Under the pieces are notes generated by a model. It was not told the origin of the DNA. It saw only the letters and a program-made list of their open reading frames with translations, and searched no databases. From contig AP024680.1 in assembly GCA_025999275.1 (NCBI GenBank), positions 750,522 to 785,860 of the forward strand: a DNA stretch of 35,339 bases, in the 5' to 3' direction. The first letter of the stretch is position 1. Each line of letters begins with the position of its first letter. Origin of the DNA: Patescibacteria group bacterium (GTDB lineage Bacteria; Patescibacteriota; Microgenomatia; UBA8517). This document shows positions 7,251 to 14,623 of this stretch, one piece after another. A program made the position numbers and the translations under genes.

Positions 7251-8189
7251 ATGAATAAAAAACTGATTTTGTTTAACTTTTTCATAAACATATTCCTACC
7301 ACTTGTTACAATACTGGGAGTCACTGAATATTTTCATTACCAACGCCTCAAAAACCAGGCAAAAGACAACGCCACTTTCCTTAATCGCTTTTACTCTGAA
7401 AAAATTACAGACAAAATAAATAAAACAGAGTTTCTCTTAAAAACAGTCTCAGCAGTAGCCTCAACAAGCAATATGGACACAAAAACAATTAAAGAATTTA
7501 TCAAAAATTATCTTGAAATAGATAAAGACTATACTACAGTAGGAATAACAAACGAAAATGGAGACGTAATTATAAGCACTCTTGACCCAAAGGATAAAGT
7601 TAACCTTTCAGACAGAAGTTATTTTCAAGAAGCAAAAGAAAGCCTATCTCTCTCAGCCAGCGAAATCTTGAAAGGAAGAATCACAGGTAAAGAGTCTGTT
7701 GTTTTTGCCTATCCAATAATAGACAGCGAAGAAAAATTCAAAGGTGTTGTATTTACCGGAATTAGTCTTGAAACATTAAACCAGATTTTAGAGAGCCTTT
7801 ATGTGCCTGAGAATGCCTCTGTAATGGTCTTGGATAAAAACGGAGTCATACTCGCCAGAAAACCAGAAAATGAAAAATGGAGAGGAAAAAATATCATCAA
7901 TCAATTTGAAGTGGCAAGAAAAGCAATTTCAGAAAAAAAATTTGGCGCTTTGATCGGCAGGGGTATTGATAATCAAGAGAAAGTCTTTGCTTACCAGCCA
8001 ATAGAGTATAACAGTGCCAATAGCAAAATTTTTATCATAAGCGGTTTTTCAACAGATGTCATAAAAGAGCCCGTGAAACAGCATCTTGTTATATTTTCAA
8101 TCTTATTTTCCCTCTTCTTTGTAATACTTACTGTTGTCAACTATTTAATACTTAAAAATCTAAAGAAAAAGGGCCTTCTTGAAAGCTAA
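7251..8189 (+). CDS. Cache-type extracytoplasmic sensor domain protein without output domain
   Basis: 312 aa with TM helices at both ends. The ectodomain carries Cache-like motifs (VGITNENGDVIIST, LSDRSYFQEAK, VFAYPI, MVLDKNGVILA). The protein ends about 12 aa after TM2. Confidence 0.55.
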   Translation: MNKKLILFNFFINIFLPLVTILGVTEYFHYQRLKNQAKDNATFLNRFYSEKITDKINKTEFLLKTVSAVASTSNMDTKTIKEFIKNYLEIDKDYTTVGITNENGDVIISTLDPKDKVNLSDRSYFQEAKESLSLSASEILKGRITGKESVVFAYPIIDSEEKFKGVVFTGISLETLNQILESLYVPENASVMVLDKNGVILARKPENEKWRGKNIINQFEVARKAISEKKFGALIGRGIDNQEKVFAYQPIEYNSANSKIFIISGFSTDVIKEPVKQHLVIFSILFSLFFVILTVVNYLILKNLKKKGLLES

Positions 8190-8215
8190 ATACCAAAAGT
8201 AATATACTTAAGGTA

Positions 8216-8698
8216 ATGAAAAAGGAAATTGCTTTGGTGGCAGCTGTCATTCTTTTTGGCCTTGCATATGGACTTGATTATATTGCAGGGCCTGTAAGTA
8301 TTAGGGTTAAAGATCCTGTTGAATTTTTCTCAAATCCAGTAATTTCCAAGTATCCTTTGACTGCAGTTGCCGTTTCTATTCGATCAATTGCAATTTTAAC
8401 AAGTTTAGTTTTGATCCTCTCGCTAATTGAAAAGAAATACTTGCTTAAAGTCTTTATTTCTCTTTTTATCGGCGGCATTTTTGAGCTTTATGCAATCCAG
8501 CAAATAGCAACTGGGGGCAGAACTACCCCAATTCAATGGACCTTGGCTTTCTCTTATGCAGGCTTTTTGCTCTTACCTACTATAATTTTTTACATCATCA
8601 AGGGAATAATAACCGGTATTAAGGATAAACTTGGAATAAAAGAGGAAAAAACATACCCCCAACCCATCTTTGAAGACAAAGAGAAAGACAAAGAATAG
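8216..8698 (+). CDS. integral membrane protein (4 TM), acidic/Lys-rich tail
   Basis: 160-aa ORF with hydrophobic helices throughout, followed by a REP copy at 8715. Confidence 0.5.
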   Translation: MKKEIALVAAVILFGLAYGLDYIAGPVSIRVKDPVEFFSNPVISKYPLTAVAVSIRSIAILTSLVLILSLIEKKYLLKVFISLFIGGIFELYAIQQIATGGRTTPIQWTLAFSYAGFLLLPTIIFYIIKGIITGIKDKLGIKEEKTYPQPIFEDKEKDKE

Positions 8699-8714
8699 CT
8701 TTAGCTTTCAACCT

Positions 8715-8760
8715 GGAAGGTGTCCTAGCTTGACACCTTCCTTAAAAACAACTTGACACC
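8715..8760 (+). repeat. REP copy 2 (central ACACCC/GGGTGT palindrome deleted)
   Basis: GGAAGGTGTCctAGCTTGACACCTTCCttaaaaacaACTTGACACC, 17 nt after the stop of 8216..8698. Confidence 0.8.
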
Positions 8761-8953
8761 TGAAGCATTTAAGTCAAAAGCAAAATTGGGAATTAGTAGC
8801 ATGTAGCAAGCAGCAAGGGGAAAAAGAATCAACGCTTAAAATCTAAAGTAGTGGCCAGAAGAATTAGTCAGCAGAGAATACAAATAAACTCCTGAGGTCA
8901 AATTAACAACCGAAAGGCCTAACTGACTCAAAACCAATATCAAAAATAGTAAC

Positions 8954-9343
8954 CTATTTTGTTTCCCTTTTTGTGATGACGCTCCAGGCAATTCTTTGCA
9001 GCCAGTTGGCTAAAATTCCAATCACCAGTGCCCAAAGCCAACTAGCAATTCCAAGCCCCAAGAAGTGTGGCAAACGGGCAATTATCCAAACCCCAACAGT
9101 GTTAACAGCCAAAAAATAAAACCAAACTGAAACGCCAGACTTTAAAGCTGTTCCTCTAGCTAAAAGATAATCCCAAATAACCCAAATAAAAAATGTTTGC
9201 CAAAAAGAAGCGTAAATTGCCGCCTCAATTGCCGAAAAGCGCCAGTTGCCTAAAACTACATTTTCAGGGAAAATTAAATTCAAGACAAATAAAACCACAG
9301 TGTTAATAAACCAGTAGGAAAAATAAAGAATGTGGTTATACAA
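8954..9343 (-). CDS. integral membrane protein (4 TM, Trp-rich)
   Basis: 129-aa ORF. A strong SD-like AAGGAGGTGA lies upstream on the minus strand (about 9357-9366), and a TGcTATTAT extended -10-like site lies further upstream. Confidence 0.55.
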   Translation of the reverse strand: MYNHILYFSYWFINTVVLFVLNLIFPENVVLGNWRFSAIEAAIYASFWQTFFIWVIWDYLLARGTALKSGVSVWFYFLAVNTVGVWIIARLPHFLGLGIASWLWALVIGILANWLQRIAWSVITKRETK

Positions 9344-9700
9344 TTTTCTTCACCTCCTTTTGCCCAAATCCAATTAATTCCTATAATAGCACAATTTCTA
9401 TCTAGGTAAAGACAATTTTGACCATTGCTCTTAAAAACGATGAGGCTATCAATGTATTGATTTATTAGTAGAAAGTAGTAAGGGAAAGGAATGTGGATTT
9501 ACGATTTAAGATTTAAGAATTATGAATTAAGGGTTGGGAATTAGAATATCTAAATTCTAAGCACTAAATTCTAAACAAATCCCAATTTTCCACAATTTTC
9601 CAAATTCCAAACAAACAACCATCTAGCTCCGACTAGCTTCGACCAATTTTAACCAACTCCGACTAATTTCAACCAACCTTGACCAACTTCGACCAACATC

Positions 9701-9770
9701 TGACAGCTGATAGCCGATGGCTAATAACTGATGCCTGATATCTGATGACCGATAGCTGATAGCTGATCAA
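9701..9770 (+). repeat. degenerate heptamer array, 10 contiguous units of TGATAGC type
   Basis: tgacagc tgatagc cgatggc taataac tgatgcc tgatatc tgatgac cgatagc tgatagc tgatcaa, with strict 7-nt phase. It is preceded by GACCAAC-type 8-11-nt words (9621-9700). Confidence 0.85.
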
Positions 9771-9773
9771 TCA

Positions 9774-9831
9774 GGTGTCAAGCTGTTTTGGAAGAAGGTG
9801 CCAACCTAAGACACCCTTAGGGTGGCAAGCT
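9774..9831 (-). repeat. REP copy 3
   Basis: GGTGTCAAGCTgttttggaagaAGGTGCCAACCTaagACACCCTTAGGGTGGCAAGCT. It abuts a 10-unit TGATAGC heptamer array and lies 46 nt from the RAYT stop. Confidence 0.9.
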
Positions 9832-9877
9832 AAACTAGCCCTTGCTACTTACTACCAACACTTAGAATTTCTACTCC

Positions 9878-10570
9878 CTACTTCTCCAAATGCTTCATTT
9901 CTTCAAGCTCTCTGCCGTAATCAATTTGGGCAAAGACAAAATCTCGATAGAAATTTGCATCCTTAAACTGATTTAAGACTAAATCTTTGTTGCAGATCTC
10001 AGCCTCCATCTTTCCAAAATATTCAGGTAAAGAAGACCAAGGATAACTTTCTAAATCTTCTTTCTTCACCAAATAGGAAACAGCCGGATTAATATGAATA
10101 TATCGGGAGACATGAAGTAATTGCTCGTTCGTATCAATATGAACCGCCTTAAAACTTCCCTGGAATATTGGACCAACTCTGTTATGCCTTTTATTAAAAT
10201 ATCGGGTATAGCTATTGGTAAAGTCGGAAACAAAACCGCTAACTCCCCCATCTTTAAGCTGTCTTAAAAGAAAATGAAAATGATTTGGCATCAAACAATA
10301 AGCAATAATATCAACTCTTCTTTCTCCATTTCTTTCCATATTTTCCAAGACCCCCTGCCTTCTTTGATTTTCCAAAACAAGAAGTTTAGAAAGACGAAAC
10401 GGCTGATTTGAAAAAAGATAATAAGCCAAAGTCAAAATTGCTCTTTTATATTCCCTTTTGGAGGTAAAAATATCGTTTCCCTCAATACCACGATTGTAAA
10501 TATGGTAAACCTCTCCGTCGGCAAAAATGGTTTTTCTTATATTAGCCATTAATTTAGAATAATTTATCAA
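9878..10570 (-). CDS. IS200-like Y1 HUH transposase of the REP-associated (RAYT) type
   Basis: Motifs YHIYNRG, CLMPNHFHFLL (HUH) and SRYIHINPA (catalytic Tyr region). The track start is TTG at 10570, and the ATG at 10549 is an equally plausible start. The gene is flanked by REP copies at 9774-9831 and 10577-10629. Confidence 0.85.
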   Translation of the reverse strand: MINYSKLMANIRKTIFADGEVYHIYNRGIEGNDIFTSKREYKRAILTLAYYLFSNQPFRLSKLLVLENQRRQGVLENMERNGERRVDIIAYCLMPNHFHFLLRQLKDGGVSGFVSDFTNSYTRYFNKRHNRVGPIFQGSFKAVHIDTNEQLLHVSRYIHINPAVSYLVKKEDLESYPWSSLPEYFGKMEAEICNKDLVLNQFKDANFYRDFVFAQIDYGRELEEMKHLEK

Positions 10571-10576
10571 AAGGAA

Positions 10577-10629
10577 GGTGTCAAGCTGTTTTTGGGGGAG
10601 GTGCCAAGCTAGGACACCCTTAGGGTGTA
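10577..10629 (-). repeat. REP copy 4 (right arm truncated)
   Basis: GGTGTCAAGCTgtttttgggggAGGTGCCAAGCTaggACACCCTTAGGGTGTAC, 6 nt from the RAYT TTG start. Confidence 0.85.
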
Positions 10630-10660
10630 CTTGATAATTGGTAAAAATATAATTAAGACC

Positions 10661-10669
10661 TGCTATAAT
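10661..10669 (+). promoter_or_regulatory. extended -10 promoter candidate TGcTATAAT
   Basis: Perfect TATAAT with an upstream TG. It ends 7 nt before the ATG at 10677. Confidence 0.35.
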
Positions 10670-10676
10670 CTAAGAA

Positions 10677-10862
10677 ATGGCAAAACGAAAAGTTGTTTTG
10701 GAAATCGAAGTTGATGAAACCAAAATATCCCCCGGCTGGGAAAAATACTTAGAGGAATTCTTCAAAAATTTAGATAATTCTATCATGCCAATCGGAAATG
10801 AAGCAAGAAAAGAAATAAAAATTAAAAAAATTGAAATAAAAAAATCTGATAAACTAATTTAA
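10677..10862 (+). CDS. small hypothetical protein (61 aa, Lys/Glu-rich)
   Basis: ORF directly downstream of a TGcTATAAT extended -10 motif (10661-10669). No similarity recognised. Confidence 0.35.
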   Translation: MAKRKVVLEIEVDETKISPGWEKYLEEFFKNLDNSIMPIGNEARKEIKIKKIEIKKSDKLI

Positions 10863-10872
10863 TCTAAATTAT

Positions 10873-11517
10873 ATGGATCGAAAAACAACACAAAATTCAC
10901 CCATCAAAATTGTTATCGGTATACCCTCAAACGGCTATATTCGAGCTGAAACAATAACTTCGCTGATTGAAGCTATTTCCTACCTTCAAGGTATAGAGGT
11001 GATTGTTTCCGCGCCAACCGGCTGTTATATTCACCAATTGCGTGAATATCTAGGCGAGCAATCTTTACAACTTCAAGCCACCCACCTAATGTTTATTGAC
11101 AGCGATATGACCTTTGAACCCCAAGGAATATTAAAGCTTCTAAAAGCCAAAAAACCAATTATCGGCGGAGATTATAATTATAAATTAACGCCAAAAATGT
11201 CAGTTACTAAAATTGACCCTGAAAAAATTGACAAAAAATATATCGAGGAAGATCCCAATTTTCCGGGATATCTAAGATTAAAAGAAGACAACCGACCCAA
11301 CTTTCCTTTTGAAGTTAAAGCCATTGCTACCGGCTTTATGCTGATTGAAACACAAGTATTTAAAAAAATAAAAAAACCCTGGTTTTGGTTTGATATTGAA
11401 AATGAAAAACTAGTTGGCGAGGATCTTTATTTTTGTCAAAAAGCAAAAAAAGAAAATATCAGCATTTGGTGTGAACCAACAATTAAAATTGGCCATTTAG
11501 GAATAAAAATTTATTAA
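10873..11517 (+). CDS. GT-A fold glycosyltransferase (family-2-like, DxD)
   Basis: 214 aa. N-terminal IVIGIPSNG Rossmann-like start, a DSD (DxD) motif in LMFIDSDMTF, and GEDLYFCQKAKK, a motif typical of GT2-like enzymes. Confidence 0.6.
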   Translation: MDRKTTQNSPIKIVIGIPSNGYIRAETITSLIEAISYLQGIEVIVSAPTGCYIHQLREYLGEQSLQLQATHLMFIDSDMTFEPQGILKLLKAKKPIIGGDYNYKLTPKMSVTKIDPEKIDKKYIEEDPNFPGYLRLKEDNRPNFPFEVKAIATGFMLIETQVFKKIKKPWFWFDIENEKLVGEDLYFCQKAKKENISIWCEPTIKIGHLGIKIY

Positions 11518-11522
11518 AAACT

Positions 11523-14324
11523 ATGCCGGCAATTAGAGATTGGTCATATAATTATCACTCAACCACAACTGCAACTACTATATACTGCCCTTTGCCCCAG
11601 TATCAACAAAATGATTTGCTTTTAGCAATTTTATCAACTGATACTGGTACGACTCAAGCCTGGTCAGCTACCGGCTGGACCCAGCTTTTTTCCCAATCAA
11701 ATACAGTAAATTTAGGAATAATGTATAAAATTGCCGGCGCTTCAGAGACAAATCCAACCTTTACCTATACTATTGCTGAAACTGCCAACGCAGCAATCTT
11801 AAGCATAATGGATGTTGATACCTCAACCCCAATTGCCAACTATGCCACTGCTAATGGCACAACTGCTAGATTTGCTATGCCAACAACCTCTGCCACCCGC
11901 AATAACTCTTTGATTATTTATTGTTCTGCTCATCCTTCAACTACTGTTATTCCCTCAATTATTGAAGGACCAGTAACGCAAATTACCTCAAAAGACGGCT
12001 CTGCTCATTCTGACTCAATTGCTTGGGGATTTCAACCAACTTCAGGAACTACTCCCAACAATGTCTATTGGTCAGTTTCTAGAACCACTTACACTTCAAA
12101 ACTGGCAACTATTGTCATTAACCCACCAGCAACCGGCGCCACAGTTGTTCCTACTTATTGCGCGGCTGACAACTCGGTTTATATTGACCCAATTCATGGA
12201 ACAACTGCCTTTCGCGGTAACACTGCCTGGGCTGGAACGGCTACAACTTATTTTACTTCACCTTTAGCTGACTTAACTTTAGCCAATACCACTGTTTCTA
12301 CCAAAACCGACTACGGCATAAATTCTTATCGCTCCTGCGGCGGTATGACCGGGCCAACTACTGCTACTAGTTCCTGGATGGGCGCAACTTTAGTGCTGGC
12401 TACTGCCAACAAACCAAATGTTACTGGTAAAAACATTCTTCTTCACGCCATGCCTCTTGTACCGGCTGATATTCAGACAGTTGATGGTGTAAATTTAGGT
12501 CGAGGCATTGCTGTTGGTATGTTTTCCTCGGCTAATAATGCCAAAACTTATCATGTTCATGGCGCTGGAACCTCCTGGGGTATAAATCGCGCGCCTGTAA
12601 TTATTAATGAAAGCTATAGCGGTCCGGGCTTAATTGATTCCCGCGGCACTTTTGACCCAACTTCAGTTTTAGGTTTTGCTTGTTTTACTTCAGGCTTTTT
12701 GATTTCTTCTGACTGGGTTTGGTCAATGATCTGGATGCTTGATACGACTGTCGTCGCCGGCGGCAATGCCAACAATCCTATTGATGTAGGTGGTATCAGA
12801 GTGGCAGCGGCTGATGGTCATGAAAGAATGAGCGTTATTCAGCAGGGAAAAAATGAGCTTTTGGTGCTTCAGCCGCTGCAGTTTGGTGATGGCGGCACTA
12901 ACCCGACTTATTTATATCTTGACTCCACTTCAATTGAGTTTCCTGAGATTTATAACCGCACTACCCGTCAGGTCTATTATTGTTCTGCAGACAATGTCGC
13001 TGGTTTAACCTATTATGCCGGCCCAAGCGATACAATAATTCACAGAAATTCAATTGTCTCCTCTGCCTCGCCTTATCACTTTAGGCTTCACGCCTCTTCT
13101 TCAACCTCAGCCACTTATGATTTTTCTGGTTTATCAATTATCGGCGCAGGTCAAATTGTTTTAAATAAAGCAATTACTCTTTCTCAAATAACAATCAATA
13201 AGTACCAAAGCTTAGATGTTAGCAATTTAACTTTAAATAACAGCTCAATCTTAAACCCGCCAAATTCCAACAACTCAATCACTGTTAACTCCTCAACAAC
13301 ATTTAACTCCTGTGATTTCAATGTCACGACCCTTTCTGCCGGCAATTATCTTTTATCAACCACTACTCCTAATAAATTTTCAAACTGCTATTTTACTGGC
13401 TCAACCTCATCTGGTCATGCAATAAGAATTACTGCTGCCGGTACTTATAGTTTTTCTGGTAATATTTTCTCTGGCTTTGGAAATGATGAAACCACATCAG
13501 CGGCAATTTTTAATGATTCAGGCGGCCTAGTGACTTTAAACATTACTGGTGGCGGAAATACCCCAACAGTTAGAAATGGCACTGGCGCCTCAACAGTAAT
13601 TGCAAACGCAGTAACTTTATCAGTAACGGTTAAAAACGAGGCCGGCTCACCTATTCAAAACGCTCGCGTCTCAATCCAAAAAACTGCCAGCAACTCTTTA
13701 ACCGGCGCTTTGCTATGGAATGGCTCAACCTACACCAATGAAACCACAGCTGCCAATGATGCGACTGCCAATGATATGACTCTTCTTCGTTCATCTCCAG
13801 CTGTAAATGACGCTTATTATTTTGGCGGCAAAGAACCTTTTTACAAATTAAGAATAAATATTGGGACAGCTGGATCTGGCACTTGGACAATCACTTGGGA
13901 ATACTACAACGGTTCAACCTGGAGCGCAATTCCTGATGTCAACGACCCAACTAACGGCTTTAGAAATGGAACTGGAAATAAAGATATAACCTTTTCTCCA
14001 CCATCAAATTGGGCGTCAACTTCTATAAATGGAATTCCGGCTTTTTGGATAAGAGCAAGGATTTCAAGCTTCACCAGCATCACCACCCAGCCTAAGGGCA
14101 CACAGGCTTGGGTCTATTTGCAAATTATGAACCAACTCACCAATTCAAGCGGGATTGCAAGCAAAAGCTATAACTACACTTCAGATGAAGATGTCTATAT
14201 AATCATAAGAAAATCAAGCGCCGGAGACACAAAATATTATCCTGTTAACACCCAGCAACAGATAACAAGCTCCGGGCTATCACTAACTTGGACATTAATC
14301 CAAGACACCATCGCCTCAGCCTAA
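11523..14324 (+). CDS. large Ser/Thr/Asn-rich beta-helix-like protein, no signal peptide (candidate fibre / glycosylation substrate)
   Basis: 933-aa ORF starting 6 nt after the GT gene. Short beta-helix-style repeats are present (NLTLNNSSI, ITVNSSTTF, IRITAAGTYSFSGNIF), plus an Ig-like stretch (VTLSVTVKNEAGSPIQNARVSI). No TM or RR motif. Confidence 0.75.
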   Translation: MPAIRDWSYNYHSTTTATTIYCPLPQYQQNDLLLAILSTDTGTTQAWSATGWTQLFSQSNTVNLGIMYKIAGASETNPTFTYTIAETANAAILSIMDVDTSTPIANYATANGTTARFAMPTTSATRNNSLIIYCSAHPSTTVIPSIIEGPVTQITSKDGSAHSDSIAWGFQPTSGTTPNNVYWSVSRTTYTSKLATIVINPPATGATVVPTYCAADNSVYIDPIHGTTAFRGNTAWAGTATTYFTSPLADLTLANTTVSTKTDYGINSYRSCGGMTGPTTATSSWMGATLVLATANKPNVTGKNILLHAMPLVPADIQTVDGVNLGRGIAVGMFSSANNAKTYHVHGAGTSWGINRAPVIINESYSGPGLIDSRGTFDPTSVLGFACFTSGFLISSDWVWSMIWMLDTTVVAGGNANNPIDVGGIRVAAADGHERMSVIQQGKNELLVLQPLQFGDGGTNPTYLYLDSTSIEFPEIYNRTTRQVYYCSADNVAGLTYYAGPSDTIIHRNSIVSSASPYHFRLHASSSTSATYDFSGLSIIGAGQIVLNKAITLSQITINKYQSLDVSNLTLNNSSILNPPNSNNSITVNSSTTFNSCDFNVTTLSAGNYLLSTTTPNKFSNCYFTGSTSSGHAIRITAAGTYSFSGNIFSGFGNDETTSAAIFNDSGGLVTLNITGGGNTPTVRNGTGASTVIANAVTLSVTVKNEAGSPIQNARVSIQKTASNSLTGALLWNGSTYTNETTAANDATANDMTLLRSSPAVNDAYYFGGKEPFYKLRINIGTAGSGTWTITWEYYNGSTWSAIPDVNDPTNGFRNGTGNKDITFSPPSNWASTSINGIPAFWIRARISSFTSITTQPKGTQAWVYLQIMNQLTNSSGIASKSYNYTSDEDVYIIIRKSSAGDTKYYPVNTQQQITSSGLSLTWTLIQDTIASA

Positions 14325-14335
14325 CCTCTTGTTTT

Positions 14336-14393
14336 ACCTTGCCACCCTAAGGGTGTCTTAGGTTGACACCTTCCCCAAAAATAGCTTGACACC
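14336..14393 (+). repeat. REP copy 5
   Basis: accttGCCACCCTAAGGGTGTcttAGGTTGACACCTTccccaaaaatAGCTTGACACC, 12 nt after the stop of the 933-aa gene. Confidence 0.85.
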
Positions 14394-14404
14394 TGAATAG
14401 GTTA

Positions 14405-14522
14405 AGTTAAAAGTCAAAAGGCAAAACTCAAAAGTAAAATTCAAAATTTAAAAATATTTAATTAAAGAAAACTTTTGACTTTTAACTTGTAGTTTTGACT
14501 TTTGAATTTTAACTTTTGAATT
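14405..14522. repeat. AT-rich palindrome module, copy 2
   Basis: Same word content and order as 4981-5088, adjacent to REP copy 5. Confidence 0.8.
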
Positions 14523-14623
14523 ATCTTATTCATAAATCTTAAATCTTAATTCCTTTCCCCTTACTACTATCTTCCTTTTCCCTCTTGCTCAACAAAGCCA
14601 AATGTAGAATAATCACAAAAGAA

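Larger units (their letters stand above)
9774..10629 (-). mobile_element. RAYT gene plus its two flanking REP elements (REPIN/RAYT-like unit)
   Basis: One REP lies 46 nt beyond the stop codon and another 6 nt before the TTG start. Both are in the same orientation as the gene. Confidence 0.6.

Noticed and set aside
9701-9770. CRISPR array, considered here and at 26421-26469.
   Set aside because: The repeat period is 7 nt with no spacers. The units are degenerate and no cas genes are present. These are word or heptad arrays, not CRISPR.
9775-9966. 63-aa plus-strand ORF.
   Set aside because: Its 5' part is the REP element itself, and the rest is antisense to the 3' end of the RAYT gene.
11523-14324. 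Enrichment of N-x-S/T sequons as evidence for HMW1C-like N-glycosylation.
   Set aside because: A hand count gives about 21 sequons in 933 aa. That is roughly what the very high Asn and Ser/Thr content predicts by chance, so it is not independent evidence.
14585-14623. TTG-initiated extensions of the two OGT genes (14585 and 16719).
   Set aside because: In-frame ATG codons at 14624 and 16731 give proteins that begin right at the first TPR region. The extensions run into repeat DNA or the upstream CDS. This is not decisive, and either start is possible.
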